A stretch of 64,000 nucleotides of DNA from a candidate division WOR-3 bacterium (GCA_965649295.1 CBFGKH010000003.1:128001-192000); one strand, 5' to 3'. Positions 41,101-50,488 are shown, counted from the stretch's first letter. Notes: generated by a model not told the origin, from the letters alone. Numbers and translations: made by a program.

Positions 41101-41302
41101 CGCTGTTTGCTGCTAGCACATGACCATAGGCGGCTATGACGATACTGCCATCAGCACCAACTGCCATTGTTCTGGTTGGCGCCATCGCTTGGTCAGGAAA
41201 ACTTGTCGCCTGTTGATAATGCCTGACCCATGCCGTGTCAGCCTGGCCGAAAGCTACCGAGACAACGGCGGCGATAGACGCAATGATAATCTGTCGGGTC
41301 AC
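38108..41302 (-). CDS. Exported multidomain protein: beta-propeller repeats, CARDB-like Ig, Kelch-like propeller, T9SS-type CTD
   Basis: Signal peptide; KYD..G.LVW repeats; DVGV.SI..P..NDT; KGNKT.EFY.Y repeats; SNPA..LFD.LGR..LEAGQYF. Confidence 0.85.
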   Translation of the reverse strand: MTRQIIIASIAAVVSVAFGQADTAWVRHYQQATSFPDQAMAPTRTMAVGADGSIVIAAYGHVLAANSDLIVHKYDSVGNLVWVQSYDDGGTEQANALALDECGAVYVAGRRTTGSGTSQALVVKWDAAGNFVWAKKVQGDTATANCWAAAVAAGGGRVYVAGTSQSKLSGRDFTVWALDAATGAVVWTRRISGSTSGSHTELAADVALDENGLFVAGYLYGIMTGYDGLAIRLNCQTGSVEWEHRLGGNCSNEFLGRVAVRSGLVAVTGYWYLTAGDYDMLTALYSASGELQWSQSYAGTAGLNDQGADVAIDDAGCLFVAGYASNSQASDIALLKYDRDGALVWARFYDGGGTPDRGYCLGLDEMGNPVVAGTAGGAGGSATLAVAAKYFSDGQPAWSFSWRPSGSLGANQFYNLEHSASGVILSGPLHWGFPNYVDPTVARLIEVPDVGVIAINSPTGQWSKGTAVTPAATVKNNSPATATFWCRFSISDGYVDSVQVALPGGGEQHVAFRSWVPTLVGNWVAACSAAARYDYNRSNDRTAVLVNVAGPAVDVGVRSIAEPVGDIPFETPIRPTVSCHNFGTTTVDILVHVAIERSGQPVFSDSVWVRGAGPNGLDTVVRFRAWVATVPGYHTLRCWTSANGDADPSNDTLSIRFGVINMPLGEWRQCANVPAEPSGAPVATGGALDGDEHRLYLLKGNKTLEVFAYDVASGTWSALPSLPAGPLEKPVHKGSAICADGLGRAYVLKGNKTFEFYRYDPATGWTALAPFPAGAKSCPPKSGVDLVHAIVNDTGYVYAIRGSNSAEFYRYNSALDLWEELPSAPAGAAQRAKYKEGTGLAQAGDSILFCVKGGADELHCYDLRSGRWLSGYKTIPLNGTGGRNKKVKAGAGVVWGNGCLALTKGGGTNEFWRLDSADSVWREYPSVPGGAQSRRIKDGGGLAWAGGRYFVTKGGKSFELWEFVSSHGRDGGMAQTPVSAVASAQPLLVSNPARQVVRFQIGGRSDGSGRLVLFDALGRMRQSLVIPAGAAETVVDLSALEAGQYFAVLSRSGEQYRVRLNVLH

Positions 41303-41459
41303 TCATCCCTCCCTATTGTCAGTCCACCAATCAGACTACAACACCAGTCCTGTCACCACTTCAGTCGCCCGGGTGACAGAACGACCGTGCCCTAGCGGGT
41401 TGCTCTAACCCGAGAGAGCACAGCTAATTAATTGTACAATAACCAAGGCAAGAAATCAA
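41303..41459 (-). promoter_or_regulatory. Promoter and hairpin-rich 5' leader
   Basis: TTGATT-17-TACAAT; stems GTGCTCT/AGGGCAC, CGGGTT/AACCCG, CTGTCACC/GGTGACAG; SD GGGAGG. Confidence 0.5.
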
Positions 41460-41855
41460 ACGCATTCGGAGACAGTCGATTGCACAAAACCAACCAGGAT
41501 AGGTTGCAGCCGGCCCCCTGATACCTGCTCCTATGACGCCTACCGGCTTCGCTAGTGGCAACAGTAGAAGCTCGTTCGATACTTTCCGCCTCAGCACAGG
41601 AAAGACAGGGAAATGCACCTCATCAACAACACAGAGATGCTCTCCCAACGCCTACGGTAGCCACTGGTAACTACTGCTATGGCCAGAGGATTGCATCGCT
41701 CGGCCCCTCTCACGTCTTCAGTACCCAATTCATCATCTGTGCTCCAGTCTTGGTCGGACCTGCCGTCTCCTAACCATCGGAGGCAAATCATGATACGGCG
41801 CCAGAACCACTTCTGGCGAAAGCAGACGCAGCTTGGGGTTGCAACTGGCAGTAGC

Positions 41856-42143
41856 TATACCCATGACAGGGGGAGTGACTCCCCCAGTGACACTACCTAT
41901 CAACTGAGGAGTGACTCACTAACTTAGTCATTCAGCCAATTGGTGATGGAATTACAGGTTCAGAGACAGAACAAGTCAATGAATAACCAAGCGGTTAAGC
42001 GAGCGACCTGTCCAAGAAGCTTCTTACCAACTGCATCGCCGGTCCAGTCTTAGGCCTACCTACCAACTGGCTATCGGAGCAAGTCCTGAATAGGCTGGTG
42101 CTGCTGTTTAGGAGTTGCGTCACCGTTATAGAAATGACTGCAG
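41856..42143. repeat. Degenerate 12-bp-periodic intergenic array (best preserved copy)
   Basis: AGGGGGAGTGAC-TCCCCCAGTGAC..CTGAGGAGTGAC; A at unit position 11 in 12 consecutive units. Confidence 0.8.
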
Positions 42144-42226
42144 CTTTTGGTTCCTACCGTCCTTCGTGGCCGAACCCGAATCCAGCCAACTGTGAAAACA
42201 GGAAGAAACGCGAGCAGGCCTCAGGC

Positions 42227-42514
42227 CTAGTTGGTCTTGTCCTGCTTGCCGGTACTGGAACCAGTCGTAGTTGTGCCTGATTCCTTACCGGAACTCGGGG
42301 TCTGGCTTGCCTCGGCCGGTTTAGACTTGTTCTTGTAGTCGGTAATGTAAAAGCCCGTGCCTTTGAAGATCAGGCCTGAACCGCCGGAGATAAGCTGCTC
42401 AACACAGTTCCGGCGGCGGCATTGGGGGCAGTTCTTGATGGGTGGATCAACGATCCGCTGGAACTCGCTGAACCGATGCCCGCACTTCTTGCACTGGTAC
42501 TCGTAAGTCGGCAT
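42227..42514 (-). CDS. FmdB family zinc-ribbon protein
   Basis: MPTYEYQCKKCGH.F..CPQC..FKGTGFYITDY. Confidence 0.92.
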   Translation of the reverse strand: MPTYEYQCKKCGHRFSEFQRIVDPPIKNCPQCRRRNCVEQLISGGSGLIFKGTGFYITDYKNKSKPAEASQTPSSGKESGTTTTGSSTGKQDKTN

Positions 42515-42522
42515 GGGAACAG

Positions 42523-42553
42523 GCGGGGTGGGAAGTGATACTTCCCACCCCGC
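42523..42553 (-). terminator. 14-bp hairpin between groEL and the FmdB-like gene
   Basis: GCGGGGTGGGAAGT-GAT-ACTTCCCACCCCGC. Confidence 0.55.
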
Positions 42554-42565
42554 AAGGCTTTGGGA

Positions 42566-44212
42566 CTAGTAGTCCATTCCGCCGCCGGCACCCGGCATCG
42601 GCGGTGTCTTCTCCTTTTCAGGCACTTCAGCAATCGCGCACTCGGTGGTCAGCATTAGACCAGCAACCGAAGCCGCGTTCTGCAGCGCCACGCGCGTCAC
42701 CTTGGTGGGATCAATGACGCCGGAGACGAACATGTCTACGTACTCAAGAGTCTCGCAGTTGAAGCCGATATTGGCCTTCTCCTGCTTGACCTTCTCAAAG
42801 ACAATTGAGCCGTCAACGCCAGCATTGCTGGCCAAAGTCCGAATCGGCTCTTCCAAGGCCCGCCGGACAATCGCCGCGCCGACCGCCTCGTCGCCTTCGA
42901 GTTTCATCTTCTCAATCGCTGGTATGCAGCGCACCAGGGCAACGCCGCCGCCCGGAACCACGCCTTCCTCAACTGCAGCACGGGTCGCATGAAGCGCGTC
43001 CTCAACCAAGGCCTTCTTTGCCTTCATCTCGACCTCGGTCGCCGCGCCAACGTTGATGACAGCGACACCGCCGGCCAGCTTGGCCAACCGCTCCTGCAGC
43101 TTCTCGCGATCGTAGTCGGACTTCGTCTCTTCGATCTGCTTGCGAATCTGCTCAATCCGGGCAGTGATGTCGGCCTTCTTCCCAGCACCCTCGACGATGG
43201 TTGTGTTCTCCTTGTCAATCACAACGCGCTTGGCCACGCCCATATCTGAGATCTGGACGTTCTCGAGTTTAATCCCCAGGTCCTCGGAGATGAGCCGACC
43301 GCCAGTCAGCACCGCAATATCCTCAAGCATTGCCCGTCGCCGATCGCCATAACCGGGCGCCTTGACCGCGCAACAGCGCAGAGTGCCCTTGATGTGGTTG
43401 ACAACCAGCCCAGCCAGTGCTTCGCCCTCAACCTCTTCGGCAACGACGAGGATCGGCTTGCCGCGCTGAGCCACCTTCTCTAGCACCGGCAGGATATCGC
43501 GCATCGAAGAAATCTTCTTCTCATAGAGCAGGACGAGTGCGTCCTCAAGCACCGCTTCCATCTTCTGGTTCTGCGGTGTTGTCGTCCCCGGTTCGAGCGC
43601 AAAGTAGGGCGAGAGGTAGCCACGGTCAAACTGCATACCCTCGACCACTTCCAGTGTCGTCTCCACCGACTTCGCTTCCTCAACCGTGATGACGCCTTCC
43701 TTACCGACCTTCTCCATGGCATCGGCAATCAGCTTGCCGATCTCCTTGTCGTTGTTGGCGGAGATGGACGCGACCTGCATGATTTCGTCGCGCCCCGCGG
43801 TCTTTTTCGACATCTTCTTCAGTTCGGCAACCGCGGTGTCCACCGCCTTGTCGATGCCACGCTTCAAAGCCATTGAGTTGGCACCAGCGGTGACGTTCTT
43901 CAGCCCCTCACGGTAGATCGCCTCGGCCAAGATCGTTGCCGTGGTCGTGCCATCGCCGGCCACGTCCGACGTCTTGGAGGCGACTTCCTTGATCATCTGG
44001 GCGCCCATGTTCTCGAACTTGTCTTCAAGCTCGACTTCCTTGGCAACAGTGACACCGTCCTTGGTGACAGTCGGTGCGCCCCACTTCTTGTCAATGATTA
44101 CATTGTGCCCCTTAGGCCCAAGCGTCACCTTGACCGCGTGGGCAAGCTTTTCGGCGCCGCGGAGAATCGCGCGCCTGGCATCATCTTCAAATCGCAATTC
44201 TTTGGCTGGCAT
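42566..44212 (-). CDS. groL: Chaperonin GroEL
   Basis: [33 protein letters not shown] tail. Confidence 0.98.
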   Translation of the reverse strand: MPAKELRFEDDARRAILRGAEKLAHAVKVTLGPKGHNVIIDKKWGAPTVTKDGVTVAKEVELEDKFENMGAQMIKEVASKTSDVAGDGTTTATILAEAIYREGLKNVTAGANSMALKRGIDKAVDTAVAELKKMSKKTAGRDEIMQVASISANNDKEIGKLIADAMEKVGKEGVITVEEAKSVETTLEVVEGMQFDRGYLSPYFALEPGTTTPQNQKMEAVLEDALVLLYEKKISSMRDILPVLEKVAQRGKPILVVAEEVEGEALAGLVVNHIKGTLRCCAVKAPGYGDRRRAMLEDIAVLTGGRLISEDLGIKLENVQISDMGVAKRVVIDKENTTIVEGAGKKADITARIEQIRKQIEETKSDYDREKLQERLAKLAGGVAVINVGAATEVEMKAKKALVEDALHATRAAVEEGVVPGGGVALVRCIPAIEKMKLEGDEAVGAAIVRRALEEPIRTLASNAGVDGSIVFEKVKQEKANIGFNCETLEYVDMFVSGVIDPTKVTRVALQNAASVAGLMLTTECAIAEVPEKEKTPPMPGAGGGMDY

Positions 44213-44224
44213 CTTGGCTCCTTG

Positions 44225-44521
44225 TTACTTGCTGTCCTTCTCGATAACCGCGAGCACGTCATCCTCGCGCATGATCAGCAGCTCTTCATCACCGATGCGA
44301 ATCTCATTGCCCGAGTACTTGCCGAATAGTATCATATCGCCTTTCTTCAGGCTCATCGGCACGAGCTTGCCGTTATCGTCGTAGCGGCCCGGGCCGACAG
44401 CAATAACCTTCCCCTGCTGTGGCTTCTCTTTGGCGGTATCGGGGATGATAATGCCGCCCTTTTTGACTTCTTCTTCGACTCTCTCGACGAGAATCCGATC
44501 CTGTAGCGGTCGCACTTTCAT
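44225..44521 (-). CDS. groS: Co-chaperonin GroES
   Basis: [26 protein letters not shown]. Confidence 0.98.
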   Translation of the reverse strand: MKVRPLQDRILVERVEEEVKKGGIIIPDTAKEKPQQGKVIAVGPGRYDDNGKLVPMSLKKGDMILFGKYSGNEIRIGDEELLIMREDDVLAVIEKDSK

Positions 44522-44773
44522 AACTCCTCCTTAATGGCGTTGTCGAAATAAAGTTAGCAGTAACAAAAGGCCTGCTGCCTGGGTCAACTGCTGACTGACA
44601 TCAGCAGTAACCAGCGCCGGGCCAATATCGTAACTTCTGCAAAGTTACGTCCTTCCCGCGTCTATTAGACACCATTACTCGGCCAAGCGATTCGCCCCAA
44701 AAGCATCAACGCTGGCACTACGCCAGTGACAGTAGCAAGTCTAACCTGTTGTCATTTTGGCTCTTAGGATGGA

Positions 44774-44847
44774 TGGGCGATATCTGAATTGAACAGATGA
44801 CCTCCTCCTTGTAAGGGAGGCGCTCTAGCCAACTGAGCTAATCGCCC
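44774..44847 (-). tRNA. tRNA-Val(TAC)
   Basis: Reverse complement GGGCGATTAGCTCAGTTGGCTAGAGCGCCTCCCTTACAAGGAGG...GTTCAATTCAGATATCGCCCA. Confidence 0.95.
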
Positions 44848-44856
44848 GAGCATCGG

Positions 44857-44884
44857 ATTATAGGCTGCTGACTACTGCTGTCAA
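44857..44884 (-). promoter_or_regulatory. Consensus sigma70 promoter for tRNA-Val
   Basis: TTGACA-16-TATAAT. Confidence 0.85.
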
Positions 44885-44967
44885 CGTTGCTGGTCCGCTG
44901 CCTTCGCCGCTTCGTTGACGGACAGCGCCACGACGGTTATCCTCTGGGTAACCGAAAGGACCCACTG

Positions 44968-46413
44968 ATGGAGATGCCGAACCGACTGCTGATTGCCGGC
45001 GAATGGGTAACAACCCAGCAAGCCCTGCCGGTGCTGAATCCCTGGGATGAATCGGTAATCGCTGAAGTACCGATCGCTGATGAGGCAGTAGTGGACGCCG
45101 CTGTCAGCGCGGCTGAGGCCGGCGCAAAGGAGATGCACCGGCTGCCCGCCCACGCTCGGGCTGATATTCTGTTCCGCACAGCCCGACTCATTGCTGACAA
45201 TGCCGACGAGTTCACCGAAAGCATCGTTCTTGAATGTGGTAAACCCCGTAGGCAGGCGATCATCGAAGTCGGTCGCGCCGTCGAAACGGTTCAGCTCGCA
45301 GCCGAAGAGGCAAAACGAATTCACGGCGAGACAGTCCCGCTCGATGCCTGCCGGGGCTCTGAGCACCGGCGCGGGTTCTTCATCCGTCAGCCGCTTGGCG
45401 TCATTGCCGCTATCACGCCGTTCAACTTCCCCCTCAACCTCGTTGTCCACAAGGTCGCGCCTGCACTGGCCGCGGGCAATTCGGTCGTGCTCAAGCCAGC
45501 AACCAAAACACCGTTGACCGCGCTCCGACTTGGCGCCGTTCTGCTTGAAGCCGGTCTGCCGCCCCACGCGCTCAGCATCGTCATCGGCGCCGGTGAGACT
45601 GTTGGCCGAGCCCTCTGTCGCGACTCCCGGATTCGCATGGTAACCTTCACCGGCAGCCCGGCCGTGGGCGAGTTCATCAAACGTGAATCTGGACTGAAAC
45701 GGGTCACTCTTGAACTCGGCTCCAACTCCGGCGCAATCATTGACGAGACCGCCGACCTCGAACTGGCACTGCCACGCTGCGTTCTCGGTGGATTTGCCTA
45801 TTCTGGTCAGGTCTGCATCCATACCCAGCGTCTCTACCTCCACCATGCAATTGCCGAGCAGTTCTCGGCCCGGTTTGTTGACGCGGCCGAAAAGCTAAGA
45901 TGCGGTGATCCGAGTAGCCCCGACACCGACATCGGGCCGCTCATTGACCGCGCTGCCCTTGCCCGCGGGCTTGCTTTGGTCGAAGAAGCCCGTAGCACTG
46001 GCGCAGAGGTACTATGCGGTGGGACAAGCGAGGGTAATATCATGCATCCAACCGTACTCACCCAGGTTCGACCGGAGCTACCGGTCGTCTGCGAAGAAGC
46101 CTTTGCCCCCATTGTCACTATCGAGACGTTCACCGACTTCGCCGCTGCAATCGCGATGTTCAATGCCGGCTCATCATTTGGCAACTACGACTACGGTCTG
46201 ACTGCCGGTGTCTTCACCAGGGAAATATCGCGGGCGTTTCAGGCCATCGAGGAATTGGCGGTCGGCAGTGTCTATCTGAACGACTCGGCGACCTTCCGCG
46301 CTGACCTACAGCCTTATGGTGGCATTCGCGATTCCGGCATCGGCCGCGAGGGGCCGCGTTTTGCAATCGAGGAGATGACCGAAATCAAGATGGTCTCCTT
46401 CAATCTCGGCTAA
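44968..46413 (+). CDS. Aldehyde dehydrogenase family protein
   Basis: ITPFNFP, LKPA, FTGS, LELGSN, GQVC, EEAFAP, PYGG. Confidence 0.93.
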   Translation: MEMPNRLLIAGEWVTTQQALPVLNPWDESVIAEVPIADEAVVDAAVSAAEAGAKEMHRLPAHARADILFRTARLIADNADEFTESIVLECGKPRRQAIIEVGRAVETVQLAAEEAKRIHGETVPLDACRGSEHRRGFFIRQPLGVIAAITPFNFPLNLVVHKVAPALAAGNSVVLKPATKTPLTALRLGAVLLEAGLPPHALSIVIGAGETVGRALCRDSRIRMVTFTGSPAVGEFIKRESGLKRVTLELGSNSGAIIDETADLELALPRCVLGGFAYSGQVCIHTQRLYLHHAIAEQFSARFVDAAEKLRCGDPSSPDTDIGPLIDRAALARGLALVEEARSTGAEVLCGGTSEGNIMHPTVLTQVRPELPVVCEEAFAPIVTIETFTDFAAAIAMFNAGSSFGNYDYGLTAGVFTREISRAFQAIEELAVGSVYLNDSATFRADLQPYGGIRDSGIGREGPRFAIEEMTEIKMVSFNLG

Positions 46414-46430
46414 TCTGTCACCCGACGAGC

Positions 46431-46459
46431 AACAAAATGGGGAGGCAGCCCGCCTCCCC
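46431..46459 (-). terminator. Terminator of the pilus operon
   Basis: GGGGAGGC-N5-GCCTCCCC followed by ATTTTGTT on the minus strand. Confidence 0.65.
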
Positions 46460-46480
46460 GCCGACTTCTATGGCTTGCTG

Positions 46481-47272
46481 CTAGCCGAGCATCGTTCTGA
46501 CGTACCAGCCGAATATCGCCTCGCCAAAGAACAAACCAGTTAGCCCACCTAGTGCCAGAAACGGTCCAAACGGCATCGGCTGCCCAGCCTTCTGCCGACC
46601 AGCAATCCGAGCAACAAGGCCAGCGACCACGCCCATCAAGACTGCCGCAAACAAAGCCACTACCAGGGCCCGCCAGCCGATGAAGGCACCAATCATGGCT
46701 GCGTAAGGCAAGTCTCCAGTGCCCATCCCCTCTTTCTGGTCAACGCCCATCCGACGAAATACCCCGGACAGGACATGCCGCCAGAGCAGTATCGCCAAGG
46801 TAACAAAACCAGCACCTACCAGGGCCGCGATCAGAGCATCGGCCAGCATCGGCGGCGACAGCAGTGCCATTACTAGGCCGATTCCGATTCCCGGAAGGCT
46901 GATTCGAAACGGTATGATCTGGTGGTCGAGATCAATCATTGCAGTGCAAACAAGCAGACATACGAAAACCGCTGCCCTGACGAACTCCCAGGTTGGCCCA
47001 AACCGAAACCAAGCTCCCAAGAAAAGCAATCCGACCAGGCCTTCAACTAGCGGATACCGGATGCTTATTCGCTTACGACAGTGACGGCAACGACCACCGA
47101 GAACCAGGTAGCTCAGAATCGGAACGTTGTCGTAAGGAGCAATCCTCTTTTTGCAGCGCGGGCAGTGCGAGGGCGGCGAGACAATCGACTCGCCCCGCGG
47201 CAGTCGCCAGATACAGACATTGATGAAGCTCCCCAGTACCAACCCGACCAGAACGATAAATACCGGGATCAA
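46481..47272 (-). CDS. pilD: Prepilin peptidase
   Basis: GSFINVCIWRLP, SHCPRC..GRCRHC, IDLD, MG.GD, MPFGPFL. Confidence 0.95.
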   Translation of the reverse strand: MIPVFIVLVGLVLGSFINVCIWRLPRGESIVSPPSHCPRCKKRIAPYDNVPILSYLVLGGRCRHCRKRISIRYPLVEGLVGLLFLGAWFRFGPTWEFVRAAVFVCLLVCTAMIDLDHQIIPFRISLPGIGIGLVMALLSPPMLADALIAALVGAGFVTLAILLWRHVLSGVFRRMGVDQKEGMGTGDLPYAAMIGAFIGWRALVVALFAAVLMGVVAGLVARIAGRQKAGQPMPFGPFLALGGLTGLFFGEAIFGWYVRTMLG

Positions 47273-48402
47273 TGGCTACCGGCGTTTTGCTCGACTCCGT
47301 CCGGCGGAATAAAGAGCTTCTTGTCGGTCGCAGCCCAGTAAGCAACCTCGGCGCTAATCAGGTCCCGTCGCAGCAAACCAGCCAGACATTGGTCGAGCGT
47401 CTGCATCCCATACTGTGAACCGGTCTGCACTAACGACGCAACCTGATGCGACTTGCCGTCACGGATCATGTTCTTCACTGCCGGCGTCGCAATCAGCACC
47501 TCCATCGCCGCCAGTCGTCCCCGACCATCTTTACGCGGCAGCAGAGTCTGCGAGATGATACCACGAATAACGTTGGCAAAAATCTGCCGCATGTAGTCCT
47601 TGTGGTCAGCTGGAAAGACATCAATGACCCGGTCAACAGTCTGGGCAACACTATTGGTGTGAAGAGTTGACAGAACAAGATGGCCGGTCTCAGCCGCGGT
47701 CAGGGCGAGCTGAATTGTCTCCAGGTCACGCATCTCGCCGACAAGAATGACATTGGGGTCCTCACGCAGGCAGGCACGCAGCGCATTGGCAAACGAGTGC
47801 GAGTGAGTACCAATCTCACGCTGACTGATTAGGCAGTTGCGACCTCGGAAGATATATTCGATTGGATCCTCAATAGTGATGATTCTCGCCGATTGTTCTG
47901 AATCAATCAGGTCAATCATGCTGGCCAGTGTCGTGGACTTGCCGCAACCAGTTGGCCCGGTCACGAGTACCAGACCAGACGTACAGCGCGTCAGCTCAGC
48001 AACTGATGGCGGCGCGGGCAGCTCATCGAGCGTTCGGATACGGGCCGGAATGATGCGAAAGGCCGCCCCGATGCCGGAAGCATCAAGGAAAACGTTCACT
48101 CGCGCCCGTACCCGCTCTGGCGTAACGTAATCAACCGTCACTTCGCCATCCGAGCCACTCGGCGCAGTCCCCCACGTGTAGGACAGATCAAGCTCTCGCC
48201 GCCGCAGCACCGCTGCTCGCTGTTCATCAGTCAGTATCGAAAAGATCAGCGCCTGCGCGTCATCGTGCGCAAGCGCTGGTCCGGGAATTCGTTTCAACCG
48301 GCCGTTCACCCGGATGATCGGCGGATTGCCGGTCGTTAGGTGAAGGTCCGAAGCGCCATACTTGGCCGCATATCGGAGCAGTTCATCGATACTGACGCCC
48401 AT
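47269..48402 (-). CDS. pilT: Type IV pilus retraction ATPase
   Basis: ASDLHL, GPTGCGKST, TIEDPIE, LREDPNVILVGEMRD, AAETGH, AVKNMIRD, GMQT. Confidence 0.92.
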   Translation of the reverse strand: MGVSIDELLRYAAKYGASDLHLTTGNPPIIRVNGRLKRIPGPALAHDDAQALIFSILTDEQRAAVLRRRELDLSYTWGTAPSGSDGEVTVDYVTPERVRARVNVFLDASGIGAAFRIIPARIRTLDELPAPPSVAELTRCTSGLVLVTGPTGCGKSTTLASMIDLIDSEQSARIITIEDPIEYIFRGRNCLISQREIGTHSHSFANALRACLREDPNVILVGEMRDLETIQLALTAAETGHLVLSTLHTNSVAQTVDRVIDVFPADHKDYMRQIFANVIRGIISQTLLPRKDGRGRLAAMEVLIATPAVKNMIRDGKSHQVASLVQTGSQYGMQTLDQCLAGLLRRDLISAEVAYWAATDKKLFIPPDGVEQNAGSH

Positions 48403-48424
48403 GCCCGGCCTTGGGTGAAGCCAA

Positions 48425-50008
48425 CTATCCCTCCACCGGTAGGATGTGCGGTATCACAAAGATCATCAGGTCAGTCTTGTTGTGAATGACCGATGTCTTC
48501 TTGAATAGATGGCCGATGATTGGGATATCACCGAGGAGCGGAATCTTGCCGACATTCCTTGTCTCCTCGTCCCGAATCAGACCACCAATCACCGCTGCCT
48601 CGCCATCACCAACGACAACCTGAGTCTCAGCGCTGCGTGACGAAACGATTGGCCGCTGGTCGTCAGCCGTCCCGGTATAACCGGTGACTGCCTCGACCTT
48701 TGGATTGAGCACCATTGCCACCTTGCCGTCAGCGGTAGCGTGCGGCGTGACTTCGAGTCGAACCGGCACCGACCGCGTTGTCCAGGTTGAAAGCACTAGT
48801 CCGGTCCGCGGATCGGTCGATATCTGCCGCAGCGGAATCTCGGTACTGACATTCATCGTCGCCTTCTGGTTATCCAACGTCACCGTGCGTGGACTGGCCA
48901 ACACTCGCGAATGTCCGCGCGATTGCAGAATCTCCAGCTTGGCCTGCAGTTGAGCCAGATCAATCTTGCCAACCACGAAGTTATTGTAGATGAACGGCAA
49001 CCCGAAGTCCTTGTTGAAGTCGAAGGCACCGGTCTTGGCCGTTGCCTGTAACTGCCACTCAATACCATAGCGGTCATCGGCAGTCAGGGTCGTCTCGACA
49101 AACTTCGCTTCAATGGCAATCTGTGGCACTGGCCGATCAAACGCGGCAACAACCTGGGCCACCCGCTCCAGCGCCTCAGGTATATCGTACACCACGAGAA
49201 TGCTGGATCGAGTCGAGCCGGTCCCGACACGACGATACGAGACTTCGGCCGAGCCGACTTCAGACAAGGCCTTCTTGACGACCTTCTCCAAGTCCTCGGC
49301 CTCGACATAGTCGAGCTCGAAAACCCGCATCTGCGTCTCACCGTACATCGTCTTCTTGACCGGCTTGACGACAATCACGCCACTTTGGTCTTCAACCATG
49401 TTGCAAAGACCGGCCCGCAGTAACGCCTCAATAGCCGACCGCAGCGGCACATCGGCCAGCCGGACGGTGATGATTGTCTTGACGTCCTGCGAGACAAGGA
49501 TGTTGAGATTGAACTGGCTGGCGATCATCCGCAGGATGTCAGTCAGCTCCGCATCCTTGACATGCAGCGTCAGCCGTTTTCCGGCAAAGAGGTCCTTGGA
49601 CTCAACCGCCGCTGTTTTCGTTACCGGCCGCGTGCCGACATCAATCACCAGGAGACCGTTCTCGGTCGAAACGGTGTGCTTGACCAGTTCCCGCAATCGC
49701 ACTGTCACCCGTAACGCGCCGGCGGCCGCGTTCGGCTCAACCGTCACCGCAGTCACCGGATAATAACGCGATTCGAATCTCGACCGGTCCAGCTTGGGCG
49801 TCGCATTCATGACGTCAATCACGACCGCCGCTGGATCAGCCGTAGTGAATGAACTGATATTGGGTGTGCCGGTACACACCACAGTCACGCGAACGCCGTC
49901 CAACAGTTTGTCCACCGTCACCGCGGTGACGTCCACAGCCTGCTGCGCTGCAACCAGCGAGCACAGACCAAGGACCGCGAGCAATCCAGAAGTTATTCTC
50001 ATAGTCAT
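48425..50008 (-). CDS. pilQ: Secretin (PilQ/GspD-like) with AMIN-like N-terminus
   Basis: QIAIEAKFVE, VLASP, IGGLI, KIPLLGDIPIIGHLF. Confidence 0.88.
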   Translation of the reverse strand: MTMRITSGLLAVLGLCSLVAAQQAVDVTAVTVDKLLDGVRVTVVCTGTPNISSFTTADPAAVVIDVMNATPKLDRSRFESRYYPVTAVTVEPNAAAGALRVTVRLRELVKHTVSTENGLLVIDVGTRPVTKTAAVESKDLFAGKRLTLHVKDAELTDILRMIASQFNLNILVSQDVKTIITVRLADVPLRSAIEALLRAGLCNMVEDQSGVIVVKPVKKTMYGETQMRVFELDYVEAEDLEKVVKKALSEVGSAEVSYRRVGTGSTRSSILVVYDIPEALERVAQVVAAFDRPVPQIAIEAKFVETTLTADDRYGIEWQLQATAKTGAFDFNKDFGLPFIYNNFVVGKIDLAQLQAKLEILQSRGHSRVLASPRTVTLDNQKATMNVSTEIPLRQISTDPRTGLVLSTWTTRSVPVRLEVTPHATADGKVAMVLNPKVEAVTGYTGTADDQRPIVSSRSAETQVVVGDGEAAVIGGLIRDEETRNVGKIPLLGDIPIIGHLFKKTSVIHNKTDLMIFVIPHILPVEG

Positions 50009-50011
50009 GAG

Positions 50012-50488
50012 TTACTCCCCCAGCAACAGGGTGAATGTTCGTCCGCCCTGTTCAAGCGTCACTTTGTCACTCTCGATCCTGACGATTCGCTTGCCGCTGA
50101 TCTGATCACCTTCCTCCAGAATCTGGTTATTGATCAACGCATAGGCCCGATCGCCGCCGAGCGTCACTGCTTTCAGACTCAGATTGGCAAGTTCGTTAAC
50201 CATTACCCAGTCGCGCACAAAAGGATCACTACCCCAGCTCTCAGGCGGGGCCAACGCTGTCTTGGCTGAATCAGCCTTAACCGCACTCGGCTGTGGCGCT
50301 GGTGTCGGTGCTGCCGTTCGACGACGAGCACCCCGTGGTGCCTTGGCAGCAGCGGCATCCCGCAACTGCTCGCCAACGACCCGCACGTCCGCCGTCATCC
50401 GGGCCGACGCTCGTGGCCGCAGGAAGAACGTGTAAACCGCCAGCAGCAGCACCCCCGAGCCAATGATAAGCAAGATTCGCTGTCTCAA
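50012..50488 (-). CDS. GspB/PilP-like single-TM pilus assembly protein
   Basis: N-terminal TM, DPF, ALINNQILEEGD.I.G..IV.I....V.L; TTG start behind AAAGGAG. Confidence 0.65.
   Translation of the reverse strand: MRQRILLIIGSGVLLLAVYTFFLRPRASARMTADVRVVGEQLRDAAAAKAPRGARRRTAAPTPAPQPSAVKADSAKTALAPPESWGSDPFVRDWVMVNELANLSLKAVTLGGDRAYALINNQILEEGDQISGKRIVRIESDKVTLEQGGRTFTLLLGE

Noticed and set aside
41856..42143. CRISPR array
   Set aside because: No conserved repeats with unique spacers, period only 12 bp, no cas genes
44554..44580. CIRCE element before groES
   Set aside because: Only one half-site (TTAGCAGTA) resembles the consensus
44881..45846. 321-aa minus-strand ORF
   Set aside because: Antisense shadow of the aldehyde dehydrogenase gene
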